DNA from: Octopus sinensis | Lineage: Eukaryota | Direction of reading: 5' to 3' | Assembly: GCF_006345805.1 (NCBI RefSeq) | Contig: NC_043006.1 | Coordinates: 97,898,001-97,962,000, forward strand | DNA: 64,000 nt | Shown: in pieces, positions 1 through 13,300 of the stretch | Position numbering within the stretch: the stretch's first letter is position 1 | How the letters are laid out: every line of letters begins with the position of its first letter | Program-made: the position numbers and the translations under genes | The notes under the pieces: generated by a model | Database searches by the model: none | Told to the model about the DNA's origin: nothing | What the model saw: only the letters and a program-made list of their open reading frames with translations

Positions 1-1014
1 GTCCCCAAACAACCTTATGCATAGTGAGGCATACGCGAAGGAAAACACTTCATCCTCAATACTAACCGCTACATAATTACACTTAATAACAGTCATTAGG
101 TACTTTCACGCCGGAGAAACAAGTGTGAATATTTGGTTGATTATGAGTCCAATTTTCACTACAAAGTTTTCTTTAAACGCTTTTCAGACACTAAATTTTT
201 GCCGATAGTTGCCATTTATGTGGGACATAGTTGTCAGGCCTTACTGAGAAATAGACCGGAAGGAATAGGATCTCATATAGACTTCTAGCAGCCGGTTTTC
301 CCTTTCAATAAATGCAATAGTATAAATAGTATATGCGATGAACAACATTGATTTGAATGCTAAATTACATTGTGATTAACTATGTGTTATTAGAATGACT
401 TTTCATTCATCTGTAAAATACGTCATCCCCCCACACACAAACAGTAGCGAAGGTAGCTAATGCTATTGAGATATAAACACGCTAATACGGTTGTTTAATC
501 TCTACAAAAGCAACCAAATTTCCTTTGCGTGAAATTTCCTTACATTCTTAGACAATGGAATGGCACTTTGAATTTGAGTAAGTTTAAGGATATATATTGA
601 GAAAATGGAATAGTCACGGTTAGCATTGCTGATATCTAAACGAGCATAACTGTCCTAGGTCCAAAAATGTGTAAACAGGTACAACTCCAACAAGATTGAA
701 GGGATCGAGAGAATGTGGAGATATTCAGATTCGTATCACCATGGTCAGGTTCAAATTATCTCCACTGCTTGAGGTTCCATTTCTAATTACTTGTTGCATG
801 GAATGATTGACAAATGCAACATTAGATTAGGTATTATTAGATTTGTTGCCAGATGGATACACATCTCAGGTATGAATATACTAGTTCTTCAGCCGTCGCT
901 ACGCTGCCGGTAGAAATATTTGTTAATCGTGGACGTTCTATCTTTTAATAATAGATTGTTATATTGCGAAAGTCTCCTTCGTTACTATGGTGATTACCTA
1001 TCTGGCTATCTTTC

Positions 1015-1070
1015 ACACACACACACACACACACACACGCGCTCTCTCTCTCTCTCTTTCTCTCTCTCTG
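1015..1070. repeat. Compound (CA)n(CT)n microsatellite
   Basis: Direct dinucleotide runs; explains the HTHT/SLSL ORFs at 920-1447. Confidence 0.95.
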
Positions 1071-1144
1071 TATTCCTCTCTCTGTATTCCTCTCTCAATG
1101 AGAACAACCTGATTTTATTTTCCTGAAAATTTTTAATTATCCTT

Positions 1145-1176
<32 letters not shown>

Positions 1177-2489
1177 CGCATGCTCTCTCTCACCTTCTCC
1201 CACTCTCTATCTGTCTCACTGAATTTCTCTCTCAACAACACGTCATTAAAAGATGTGTTTCATTGTCTCTATGTTGAAAGACATACAGAAACACACACAC
1301 AAACGCACATACATACATACACGTGCGCGCGCACATACACACACACGCTCTCACTCTCTCTTCTTCTCTTTCTCTTTCTCCCTTTCTCTCACACTGTACT
1401 TCTCTTTTAATAACCTTTTCTACTGCCCTTGTAAAAATACATGGTGACGTTTATTTTGATTCCTCTCTTTCTTCCTCCGCCCTTTAATGGATGTTGTGAC
1501 GGACAGACAGACAGACAGACGGAAATCTACTTCTCTTTATAATTTGAGATTTATGAGCATGATGACAACGGAAAGAATATCATTATAACTGCTCTCGTGA
1601 AAAATAACGATATACGACAAAAACAGCTGGAATAAAGATAAAGCAGCGAAATACAAAGAGCAAACAAGGACAACTACAACAAGAAAGTAATGACGACAAC
1701 AGAGATTTAAGAGAGAAATATTCCCTATTTTGGATTAAAACTTGGCTGAGCTTCTCTCTAATGAGCACCATCTGTGACATGTTCAGTACGCGTCTATATT
1801 TATATGGTTACAGCAAACGAATCATAAATTACTTAACTCGTACGATAAGAACATCAGAACACAGCATCGTCTAGATCAGCATACATTTCGACGAAACAAT
1901 GCTAACCTCAAAAATATCAACAAAAATATTAAGAGCATGAGCCACTGCGGGAGTTTCTATTTGATCTTTGATCACCTAAATATGAAACAGTAAAATATAT
2001 TTTAACATCAGACACTATGGTGATATATAAGCAAAATACGCAGTAGATACTTTTGTCATAGATACCAATAAAAATATGGGATGGTTTTGGTGTTGGACCG
2101 AAATTGGCGTTGATAGGCGAGTCAAATAACAACGAAGTAATAAATAAGTCTGCGCCAAAACAACAGCTATAAAAAAGAAACGAACACAACGGTAACAATA
2201 TTAGTAGTACTAAGGTAAACAACATTGAAAACAGAATCATCATAAAATCACCGAAAAATCAACAATAACAGCAAAAGTGGCAACAAGGACTTTGATAGCC
2301 GCCGCAGCAAAATACCTCTAGCTACAACAGTAACAGCAATAGCAATAATACTAACGGACGTAATAATCAAAGAACAAACAAGAAGACGTTAACAGCAACA
2401 GCAATGTTTAAAACAACGGCAGAATTACCAAGGACTACGACCAAAATATATTGCTTCTTCAGACAATTGGAAACTGTGGATCTTTATTA

Positions 2490-2859
2490 TCTTTATATAT
2501 AAAAGAGAGGTTGTGTGCTGTCTGTCTCCTACGATTTAGATTACTAAATACTCCCACATTTTGCGGTGCAGTTTAACCAAAAGCGGGTATCTTATAGTCG
2601 TGATTCATATCGAGCCCTTCTGGGTATTAGCGCGCGTCTACAATGAGTCTACGATTTAAAAAAAAATTACCATCAATTTTTTCTATTTTTAATGCATCCT
2701 CTAAAAATTTATTATTAAATCTCAGAACGTAAAAAGCTACAGTAACACCCCCCCTTTGTGGTTAGCCATATTGAGATGGCTATTATACTTTACATGTCTA
2801 AAAATGCTTATATAGTTATTTCCGTTACAAACCCGAGCAACGCCGGGCGATACTGCTAG
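2490..2859 (+). mobile_element. Non-autonomous Helitron, copy 1 (subfamily a)
   Basis: Starts TCTTTATATATAAAA after an A; ends with hairpin CCCGAGCAACGCCGGG then CTAG followed by T (A|T insertion, no TSD); three more copies in the window. Confidence 0.85.
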
Positions 2860-2884
2860 TATAATATAATACATTATATACTTC

Positions 2885-3300
2885 AAGAATAGTAGAACTT
2901 TCAAATATTCTCTCGTCCTAGAGAGATGGAGAAATTGCACTACTGAAATTGCACTACTGAATTTCTGAAGATACCTCTTCTTCAACATCTTGTGCTGTAT
3001 TCTCTACACAAAATTGGACTTTATCATTCTTGAAAGGAATAACGTTACAAATAGATTCAGAGTCACCTCTTCTTCAACATCTTGTGCTGTCTATTCTATA
3101 TAGAAGTGGGATTTATCATTCTTCAAAGGAATAACGTCACAAATAGATTCAGAGTCCTTCAAAATGGTTTCGAAGATTTCCTTAACGGTTGGTATAATAA
3201 AATGCCCTCCAGTAATGCATGACATACCCTTTTTCCTATGCTACAGGATATATTTGAAGAGACAGCATGAGATGGTGTCTTGGGAGAAGTTATTAAAATA
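2885..3300 (-). pseudogene. Degenerate hAT (Buster/Charlie/SCAND3-type) transposase fragment with a 92-bp internal tandem duplication
   Basis: Manual minus-strand translation ISCSIGKRVCH / GHFIIPTVKEIFETILKDSESICDVIPLKND..IE*TAQDVEEE..FSI..DE parallels the Buster-family motif IAK..KPHTIGE.LILP..K.IV...IPLSN.TV.RRI..MA.D.EEQ..FS.QLDE; stops and frameshifts; 2973-3064 repeated at 3065-3156. Confidence 0.6.
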
Positions 3301-3770
3301 TAGACAATCTTTGATTTCTATCTGAATGCATTCTCACAAAGAGATCTTTCATCTTCGGAGGCTTCAGTGCAACAGTTCGAGATGTCTTTATACGTAGAAG
3401 TCGTATAAGTATTGTCTCATTACTAAGCAAGAGAATAAAAGCAAATTCCAGGAACCACGGCATTACCTAGACTTTCCTTCTTGTCATCGTGGCCTAACTG
3501 TAAAATTAATGAGCTATAGCATAAATTAATAATCTCAATAATATGAACACAATAATACAAAATAGACACTTCAAAGTGTACGTAATAAAGTTAAATTATA
3601 ACAACTATAATTACATTACAGCATAATATCAGTTCGTATATTGCTTTTCTTTTTTTAGCTTTACATTCCAGTTACTAATCTGTACAAAGAAACAAATATG
3701 ACAGAAACACGCATGAGTATAAGAGTTATGCATTCCTGAGATAATATCTATTGATCAAAAATTATCTCAA

Positions 3771-3810
<40 letters not shown>

Positions 3811-4129
3811 TATATACACATACGTACATATAGAATAGAGCCATGCATACGTACATACATATAGAAAAAAAAAGAGAGAGTGTGAGTATCTGTCCGTGAG
3901 TGCGTGTGTGCGTGCACACGGCATTTATATACATGTCTAATGTTGTTATACAGCTTTGTATTATAGATCTCAACGTTTTCAACTAGATACTCATTGAAAA
4001 ATAATGATTCAAAGATACATTCGCGATTCACAGATATTATTCGTTCAAGCTGCTTCGCATATTAATTAAAATTGCATTAATGGATTGGAAGAGGGATAAT
4101 TACTGTTTCGATATGTATTTGTATATCTG

Positions 4130-4130
<1 letters not shown>

Positions 4131-4209
<79 letters not shown>

Positions 4210-4215
4210 ATATAT
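4131..4215. repeat. (TA)n microsatellite
   Basis: Direct dinucleotide run. Confidence 0.95.
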
Positions 4216-4533
4216 AATATCAAAGGGTAATCAGAAATATTTTAAATTTATATTGCCATTTATCCAGGACTTAGAGTGTAAATGTTTTTATTTTGCATTT
4301 CCTTCGAAATTTTATCCCTGATAGTGGTTTGGAATTTAACTGTCCTCTCTAGCGTGCAAGGAATCCTATGATGGATACCTGGATACCTCCTATGTGTTTA
4401 AATGTACACTGTATATATAGGAAAACTTGTTGAAAATCACCTAAATTTGAAAAACTTGTAACTGTTTTAAAATAAATTTATTTGCATATATACCAAACTA
4501 GTTTCAAATTTTTTTTAAAATTATCATTGATAA

Positions 4534-4678
4534 AAATTTAGAATTATGAATTAGAAAAAACTGCTTAAAGTTTCAATTTTGAAGAGTTTAAATGTTCATA
4601 ACAAACAAATTTAGAATTATGAATTAGAAAAACATGTTTAAAATTTTAATGTTGATAAGTTTAAATGTTCACAACAAT
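4534..4678. repeat. Two-copy ~73-bp AT-rich tandem duplication
   Basis: AAATTTAGAATTATGAATTAGAAAAA at 4534 and 4607, each followed by similar AGTTTAAATGTTCA.AACAA. Confidence 0.75.
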
Positions 4679-4711
4679 CAATAATATAAAAAAAAACTGT
4701 TGATCAACTTT

Positions 4712-5035
4712 TTTAAATGTACCTTTGCTAATCTTGCCATGGCATACTTGGAAGTCCAAATATACGAGTACGCTAGACTGAAATTTGGAGACAACTTCCG
4801 AAAATACTTACTCATTCTGTGGCCAAACAAACTTGAACAACTCTCAGGATTTAAAAACTTAATCAACAGCATTAACCACAGTATCTAATTCACAATGGAA
4901 TACAGTCACAAACAACTATACTTCCTGAACATCTTAAACAAAAAAAAGATACTGAAATTGAAACTGACATCTTCTTCAAACCAGCGGATTCAAAACAATA
5001 TCCTCAATTCTCTTTCTCCCAGCCAAAACATTAAA
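4712..5035 (+). pseudogene. Penelope-like element reverse transcriptase fragment
   Basis: TFANLAMAYLE...LILWP...LINSINHSI*FTMEYSHKQLYFLNIL...IETDIFFKPADSKQY matches the PLE RT pattern APTYANLFM..LE / FIW / LN..HP.IKFT.E.S...L.FLD / TD.Y.KPTD...YL; the catalytic Y.DD segment is missing. Confidence 0.8.
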
Positions 5036-5608
5036 ATAAATAAATAGTTCAACGCCACAGTCACGCACAACAGCCATTGAAACTAAGGACCTGTGGCCTG
5101 GAGCATTGTCCAGATGAAACAAGAATCCTTTCGTCATTTTTCACGGGTGTTTGGTCTTGATAACCTTTTGTAACCACCTCAGTAAGTTGGCACAGGATTC
5201 TCAATTGATGGAGCGACACTTTTGAAAATACTCATTAAACACAATGCATTTTGCATCTAAAAAACTGAGGCCATCACCTTCCCTGCAGATAATACGATCT
5301 TGGCCTACTTTGATCAGGTGAGGTAGGTGTTTCCACTGCATGAAGTGCCTCTTTGTCTCTGGATCAATGTGATGAAGACAATACTCGTCCTGGCTTAGGA
5401 AACGTACAAGAAAATCGGTCGGTTCTGCTTCAAACAAAACTAAATTTTCCCGTGATGTGATGAGTCTGGTGCACCTTCGCTCAGGTATCAAAAGACGTGA
5501 AACTCACCGAGCACAAACCTTTGCCATGTCAACTTCATTGTGCAGAATATTCTCAACTCCCTCACAGGATATGCTAATAGCTTTGCGTATTTGACCCATA
5601 GTCAGTTA

Positions 5609-6890
5609 CGAGGGACGTTCAATAAGTAATGCCTCTGACCCACTTGCAGTTGTTTGAGCTAGCTGAAAATTTTGCATGTGCAATTATTTATATCTCTATA
5701 GAGTAAGTGGCAAATTACAGCTCTGAATTAATTGTGGTTTCTGATTTACAGGTGTTTGAACTGAGTCAAGTGTGAAATGGAGCCTGTTGAGTGTCGAGCA
5801 GTGATCCGGTTTTTGTATTTGAAAGGACGCACACCACGGGAGACTTTTGATGAAATGAAAGTAACTTATGGTGATGATGCCCCATCATATGACCTTGTAA
5901 AACGCTGGCATCGTGAATTCAAACATGGTCGGAACTCTGTGGAAACAGTTCCCAGATCTGGTCGCCCCTTCTGCCATTGATGAGGCATCTGTCCGTCAAG
6001 TTGAAGCTGCCATTTTGGAAGATCGACGCATAATTATTCGCCAAATAGCCCATGAGGTCAAGATTAGTACCGGGTCTGTGGAAAGTATCATTCATGACCA
6101 TTTGCATATGCAAAAGGTGTCTGCCAGATGGATTCCCAGGTTGCTCACGCCTTTCCAGAAGCAAGAATGCGTCGAGTGCTCGAGGGTGAATTTGGAGATG
6201 CGCCAAGAAGATGAGTCAAAATTTTTCAAAAGACTGATTACACAGGATAAAACCTGGGTCCATCACGATGATCTAGAGACCAAAGCCCAGTCAATGCAGT
6301 GGAAGCACCGTGACTCACCCCCTCCAAAGAAGGCAAGGGTGCAGCCCTCCGCTGACAAGGTCATGCTCACAGTCTTCTGGGACCAGGACGGAGTAGTGAT
6401 GACAGATTTCCTGGCAAAGGATACCACAATTGCAGGAGCTTATTATGCTTCACTTTTGAGGAAATTAAGAGAAGTTATCAAAATCAAGAGGCGGGGCAAG
6501 ATCAGCAAAGGCATCCTCCTCCTGCAGGACAACGCTCCGGTCCACAACTCGCTTGTCGCCAGATCAGAAGCACAGGCGTATGGCTATGAACTCCTCCCCC
6601 ATCCCCTGACCTTGCACCCTCTGATTTTCACCTCTTCCCAGTCATGAAGTTGTTTTTGAAAGGAAAACGTCTCTCAGATGATGCAGCCTTGATTTCTGAA
6701 GTCACGTTCAGGTTGGAGGACCAAGCTGGGGTCTTCTACAAAAACGGTCTCCAGAGCAACATCAAACAATGGGAGAAATGCGTAACTCTGGGTGGTTCCT
6801 ATGTAGAAAAAGACTAACAACTGTGGCAAGTTTCGTTGCTCTACTGCTATGGGAAGTGTGTCAGGGGCATTACTTATTGAACGTCCCTCG
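5609..6890 (+). mobile_element. Full-length mariner element (1282 bp, irritans-like), TA TSD
   Basis: TIR CGAGGGACGTTCAATAAGTAATGCC perfect for 25 bp, 37 bp with 2 mismatches; TA at 5607-5608 and 6891-6892; internal transposase. Confidence 0.95.
5777..6817 (+). pseudogene. Mariner DD34D transposase with two frameshifts
   Basis: MEPVECRAVIRFL..RSGRP (5777-5980), WIPRLLT, ITQDKTW, QDNAPVH (5913-6647), then PDLAPSDFHLFP..WEKCVTLGGSYVEKD* in another frame ending at 6817. Confidence 0.93.
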
Positions 6891-7707
6891 TACCTGTCAC
6901 ATATCACTATGTGGTGAAAATGATGTATGTTCCCCTCGGTGGTGGCAGTTGCAGGACATCCAGTTCTTGGGTCACCTTCAACATTCCCCCTTAGCATTCT
7001 AAATTCAGCTACCCAATTCACGCTGTTGATAAAGCTATAGCGTCATCTCTTAATGTAGCCAGAATATCCTTGACAGTTGGACCCATTTTCTGCATCACAA
7101 TACGAAAAATTTTCCATTTTCAAAAGAGATCGACACCAGTTGCTTTTGAAATCTTCTTTGAACATTTGAATGTCTGTTATTAATAAGAAAAGTTACAATT
7201 CATGCATGTAAGATTTTACATCTCTTCTTTCAAGCAAACCTCGTAGGTTTAATAGGATATTGTTGATATTCAACGAAGGTTTTGTAATAAAATATAGGTG
7301 TAGTGGATATATTACGCTAATATTTCGTGCCTGTTACTTGTCTATTTATTGCCAGACAGCATTTATCTTTTTAATGTTGTTGGCACTTTTAAACTGAATG
7401 GTATTGCTAAGGTGTCGAAACCATAGCGACATCCCTCACACAGCTTATTGGTTTGATATTCATGTCTACGAATCATTATATCTTGGAGTATCGTTATTGT
7501 GAGATGCCTTTCATTCTTGTATTGTTGAACTTATTAAAGGGATTGTGGGTTATGGCGGTTTCTTTTCCGTATTGTTACATATATTTATATCACTTCATTT
7601 TGTTCATTGGTAATCTTATGTTAAGATAATACTTAATTGCTTCTAGATTTTGGAGGTCCTCTGACATATACTGTACATATATACATGAATACATAGATAC
7701 ACACATA

Positions 7708-7774
<67 letters not shown>

Positions 7775-7815
7775 ATACGACAGGTTTCTTTCAGTTTCTG
7801 TCTGTTATTTTAGTT

Positions 7816-7850
<35 letters not shown>

Positions 7851-8169
7851 ATTTATCTATCTATCTCTTATATATATATATATATATATATATACTTCAA
7901 ACTATATATCAACTATACATGAACTATATATCAACTATACATGAACTCTAAGATGTCTGACTCCGTTGTGTATTATAAATGAATTTCTTGTGTTTGACGG
8001 CATGAGCTGTCTCTTTTTATATATAACTTTTTTTGATAAGGTTCATTTCAGGAACTGAAACATGTTATAGTGTATATATAAAAATTAAAAATTGTATAAT
8101 ACAGCAGCATTTTCGAACTTCATTTTTTACAAATATATATATATATATATATATGTATTTATATATATG

Positions 8170-8251
8170 TAAAAGACGAAGATAGGTGGTGTAGACAGCA
8201 AGCATGTATTAGTTTAACACTCGGGAAGTGAAAAAGTCTTTAACGTTTCGA
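8170..8251 (-). repeat. Truncated relative of the hammerhead-bearing repeat (3' half only)
   Basis: Minus strand TCGAAACGTTAAAGACTTTT resembles the CGAAACGTTAAA segment at 43478-43489; the CUGANGA half is replaced by microsatellite. Confidence 0.4.
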
Positions 8252-8259
8252 TATATATA

Positions 8260-8311
<52 letters not shown>

Positions 8312-8344
8312 TGTGTGTGTGTGCGTGTGTGTGTGTGCGCATGT

Positions 8345-8515
8345 TTGTGTGTCTTTGTTTGTCCCACACCATCGCTTGACAACCGTTGTTGTTGTGCTTA
8401 CGTCTCCGGAACTTAGCGGTTCGGCAAAAGAAACCGATAGCATAAGTCCTGGGTTCAATTTGTTCGACTAAAAGCGGTGCTCCAGCATGGCCGCAGTCAA
8501 ATGACTGAAACAAAA
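8345..8515 (+). mobile_element. SINE family A, 3' half
   Basis: CGCTTGACAACCG..ACTTAGCGGTTCGGCAAAAG..GCGGTGCTCCAGCATGGCCGCAGTCAAATGACTGAAAC, as in full copies. Confidence 0.85.
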
Positions 8516-9325
8516 ATGATTAATGAATATACATAGATATATGTGTGTGTGTGTATGTGTGTGTGTGTGTGTATGTGTGTGTGTGTGTATGTATGCGTGT
8601 GTGTGTGTATGATATTCCTTATGCTAATATACATGTAGAACATCGCTGTAATAGTAAGCACAGTTATGATAGATTGATAACTAAATATTTCGAAATAGAA
8701 GCCTATATCAATTATTTTGAAAGCGCCTGTTTTAATCTAATAGAATATTTTAAAACAAACTATTGAATGTCTGGAAATCTTTGCACTTGCAGAATGCAGA
8801 AAAAAAGATTTAAAAGAAACGATTCGAAAAAAAATTTTGAAATAATTATCAATGCGAAATCAGATACCTCTAAATATAAACAAAGGAATTATTTTGGAAA
8901 AGATTCAACGAAAAGATGAAAGTTATGATAATGAGGCTGATAATAATGATGATGATGATGATGATGACGACGACGACCATGATGATATGGCGATGATGAG
9001 GATAAGATCACACCTGGTACCTGGGATGCTGCGATGATGATGATGATGATGACGAAGACGACGAACATGATGATGATGGTGATGGTGGTAGCAAGGATTA
9101 TGAATCGATATTTATGAGGAGTATAACACCATACACGGCCATGATGTTGGTGATGTTAAAGATAGTTTTAATGATAATGATGATAACGATGATATTGCAG
9201 ATAATGATGGCAATGACTATTACGATCACCATCAAATACTGGAACTGCATGAGCTCAATATAGTCTGAAGGAGAGCAGTGGTAGATCGCAAACGTAATCA
9301 ATGACAACCACATGTTTATATTTTA

Positions 9326-9721
9326 CTAGCAGTATCGCCCGGCGTTGCTCGGGTTTGTAAGGGAAATAACTATATAAGCATTTTTAGACATGTAAAGTAT
9401 AATAGCCATCTCAATATGGCTAACCACAAAGGGGTGGTGTTAATGTAGCTTTTTACGTTCTGAGATTTAATAATAAATTTTTAGAGAGTTACTTCCCTTA
9501 TATATGCAAAAATGCATTAAAAATGGAAAAAATTGATGGTAAATTTTTTTTTTAAATCGTAAACTCATCGTAGACGCGCGCTAATACCCAGAAGGGCTCG
9601 ATATGAATCACGACTATAAGATACCCGGTTTTGGTTAAACTGCTCCGCAAAATGTGGGAGTAGTTAGGAATCTAAATCGTAGGAGACAGACAACACACAA
9701 CCTCACTTTTATATATAAAGA
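9326..9721 (-). mobile_element. Non-autonomous Helitron, copy 2 (subfamily a)
   Basis: Reverse complement of the 2490-2859 element with the same TC/hairpin/CTAG termini and A|T site. Confidence 0.85.
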
Positions 9722-9831
9722 TTAGAAAGTATACTGAATAGTGATAGTAACTGCGGAGGTGGTAGTAGGAGTGGGTTGTATTAGCGGTGATTGTAGTTGT
9801 CGTGGTGGTTAAGTGGTAGCGCTGATGGTTG

Positions 9832-9874
<43 letters not shown>

Positions 9875-10139
9875 GTCGTCGTCGTCGTCTCTTATTCCTG
9901 GCAGGATTTTTGTGAGTTGCCAGTTACAACCTACAACCCTAGGTATCCCACTCTCTTTCTATAGTCGGTAGAAACCTCTTGATAATCTTTCGTGTCCCTA
10001 AGTGGCAAACTTTCCGTAGAAACCTTACAGAACATTCACCTTCAGGCTTCGTCAACTATTTGTTTATATCTTTGCTTCCACATTCCAACATCCCATTTCT
10101 TATCGGCACACACGTTACAGTTTTCATATTCCAAACATT

Positions 10140-10480
10140 ATGAAAATTGCAAAAATGGCAAGAGTGGATGGTACCTCGCTAAGTGTAGACCTGTGAGTCG
10201 GACAGAAGGAATTGGAGAGGGCATTTGCTCCTGGGGTTTCAGGGAAATCTCGGACAATGGGTTTCCTCGGTTATCCCTAGAGACCTTCCTGTATCAGGAG
10301 GTCCACATCTCTATCATCCTCTCCACACCATTTTTCTTACCTTTCTAATGCTACGCATATGTCTCTTCTTATTCAGTGTATTTCTTTTTATCATTTCATT
10401 ATTATATATAAAAGCCCCACACTTTATATCTGTCTCTGCATTGTCCCCCTTCATCCTTCATCCTTATGGCAAAGAATGAA
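10140..10480 (+). mobile_element. Possible 3' end of a Tx1-like LINE relative
   Basis: KIAKMARVDGTSLSVDL* parallels NVVRMARMNDEATLSIIL* at 34570-34628; followed by a pyrimidine-rich UTR ending at (CAT)n. Confidence 0.4.
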
Positions 10481-10538
10481 ATCATCATCATCATCCTCAT
10501 CATTACTGTTATTATTATTATTATTTTTATTTTTATTA

Positions 10539-10590
<52 letters not shown>

Positions 10591-10625
10591 TCTACTACTA
10601 CTGCTGCTGCTGCTGCTACTGATAT

Positions 10626-10660
<35 letters not shown>

Positions 10661-10665
10661 ATTTC
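10481..10665. repeat. Compound (CAT)/(TAT)/(CTA) microsatellite
   Basis: Direct trinucleotide runs. Confidence 0.95.
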
Positions 10666-13300
10666 CTTGTATAGATGAAGTTTCGATCTAGTTCCTAGTC
10701 GTAACTTCTTAGGTCGGCTTCAGGTAAAAATCTGAATTTTACTGATATTACGATTCATTAATGACAATAGCTTTTGGCCAAATTTATTCGACAAATCTAC
10801 ACAAATTCATATGGATATTAAGGTAGACTGACATAATTGTAAAATCCCTGCAATTTAACACGAACCTAAACGCACGCAACTCTTTTCTCCTCCTCCTCCT
10901 CCTTCTCTCTCTCTTTGTATAAATAAAACATAAATACTTACATACATACATACTGGCATTCGAATCCACATTGTTGGATCGCAAGATCAAAGCATTTCTT
11001 GCATCTCACAGTGTTTCTGTATACTTCATATGCAAGAACTAAAAGGTCAGTGATTTTCTATTCAGCTTTATAAGCTGGTAGAATGATTTAGGGGAAATTC
11101 AAGAGCTAGTGCTACCTGTTCGTATGGTTATATAGAGGTTCACTTGATAGCTGATGTAACTGTGCGTGGTAATAGCTAAGTGTATGAATCAACGTGGATA
11201 GATATGATCTCTGATTGGTGGTGGAATATTGGTATGTCATCGGGGGTTTTGAATATCTCTCGCCAATAATCTTATGAAGACATCGTGGTGTGCATAGGGG
11301 TGTAGGAATAGTATTGCCCATACATTTGGATTTGGTTATCTAGAATTCCCTTTCGCAGAATTCATATGTTCCCCAGAACGTAGTCTGTACTACGCCAAAC
11401 GTAGGTGCGATATTAAACTAACAGTTATCTAATACGAAGGAACAGCGCTGTCAAATTCTCGAGAGTTCTTTATTTTATTGAAATGCGTTGGTTCACTGTT
11501 AGTCACGTGGAGTCAAAATCCGTCCACAACAAATATTGTTAGTTGATTAGTATAAAGTGAAAACAATATAAGATTATGTACATATAATTTTAGTATTTCT
11601 TCTTTAAAGGAAAATGTTTTACAGCAGTAAAATCATAAATGTTCACCTACACTTACGTATATACAGAAAGAAACGCCTTGTAATTATATACGACACTTTC
11701 GTTTATAGAAAAATATATAACTAATAGATAGGTTTCAATCCTGTTTTTGAATTTCATCAGTGATCGAGGATACTTTTGACCTATATACGGAGACATTGAT
11801 TATAGACCCACAATTACTAAAAACTAAAATAGATTAAAAACACTGATTTGCATAGATAACACTGGTTTGGCAGCTTGTTCAATCAACGAATTTCTACTGC
11901 AGTAACAGTGCTTCGTTTTAATTCTCAACTGCGCTACAGAATACTATATTTATATTAAATCAACACAGTATATACAAACAGATCTAAACGCATTGTCTTA
12001 TATAAAATATCTCTCAGAAAATAAAATGATGTTAGCTAAACAGCAATTTCTTAAAATGAAATACATATATTGATTCTATACTGATTCATAGCATTTAATC
12101 AACATTGTTTTTATAGACAGATATAAACAACTCAGTTTACATAAAGTATCTTATTGAAAACAAAAGACTGTTATCTTAACTGGTATTTGTTAAATTGAAA
12201 CCAAGAATTAACGCTATAATGTACTGTAGAATATATTTATAGATTTTAGCCAAGACTATATAAATGTACACTGATGTAAACATGTCTTGTTAAAATTTCT
12301 GTTACCTTGACTCTAATTATATAATCACCTTTACAATTAATACAAAGTAAATCTTAGAAATGTATGAGGATAAGAATCCAAAGCCTTGGTCATACATTAA
12401 TATATTTATAATATCCTGCATTTCTGTTCATTTTCACTCTTTTCTAATCTTGTCTCACTGTCTTCACTTTTAACTCCTCTCATCATTAACACCTTCCAGC
12501 TTATTTTATCTACATTGTTTCTTCTATAATAATAAATGCCAAAACGAATTATCGTGTGTCAGTGTGTCACACTTTGGCACCTTCTCTCACTATTCAATGA
12601 CACTTCTACTCCTCTTGCTGTGGTGAGAGTAATACTAGGCATAGAGACGGTGAGGACTGTAGCAGATCAACAGCTGAGATGTAGGCAGAGGCGACGATGG
12701 TGATGGCGGTGGAGGAGAATGCGGCGAAGTCAAAAATGATGTTGGTGGTGTAAGAAGTCTGAATGGTGTGCGTATGGCAGTTGTGGTGGCGATGGTAGTT
12801 GTACTGGTGATGGTTGAAAAACAATCAACAAAAAGACAGAGACAGAGAGAGAGAAAGAGAAAGAAAGAAGTTAGACAGATGAAAGAAATGGACTGCCCCC
12901 ACCCCCACCCCATCCCCGACCCGAATGGAAGACAAAAATATTTATCATGAAGCTTTGCAATAAGTTACAAATCGACAAATTGCTTTGATGAAAATTGCTC
13001 ATTGCTTGAGAAATATTGGTCAAGTTTAATCACATTTAATATGTACTCAATGCATGAAGCGTCATTATTGGGCTCAAGGCCCAATGAAGAGCCCCCCATA
13101 GGAGCTAGTTTTCCCTCTACGCATTTATATTTTATTCATTCATTCTAGTACTCACATCTCTCTCTATCTATTTCTTTCTCTCTTTCTCTGTTTCTCCCTC
13201 TTTCATTCAAAGTTACTGCATTTCTTTATCCTTCTCTTTCTCTCTTACATAAGTTTCTGTCTGTCCCAAGCCGTATACTCAACTATATCTTACCCTTGTA

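Larger units (their letters stand above)
5045..7243 (-). mobile_element. Old mariner element, split by a nested mariner; 3' end truncated
   Basis: Minus-strand transposase relic continuous across the insertion: NWVAEFR..EGDPRTGCPATATTE..IVICDR | *LTMGQIRKAISIS..VENILHNEVDMAKVCAR*VSRLL..QDEYCLHHIDPETKRHFMQWKH..GFLFHLDNAPGH; possible 5' end TA-CGAGG at 7243-7245. Confidence 0.8.

Noticed and set aside
6674-7021. 115-aa ORF starting with a mariner-like peptide
   Set aside because: Chimeric: old mariner frame reading into the antisense of the nested mariner.
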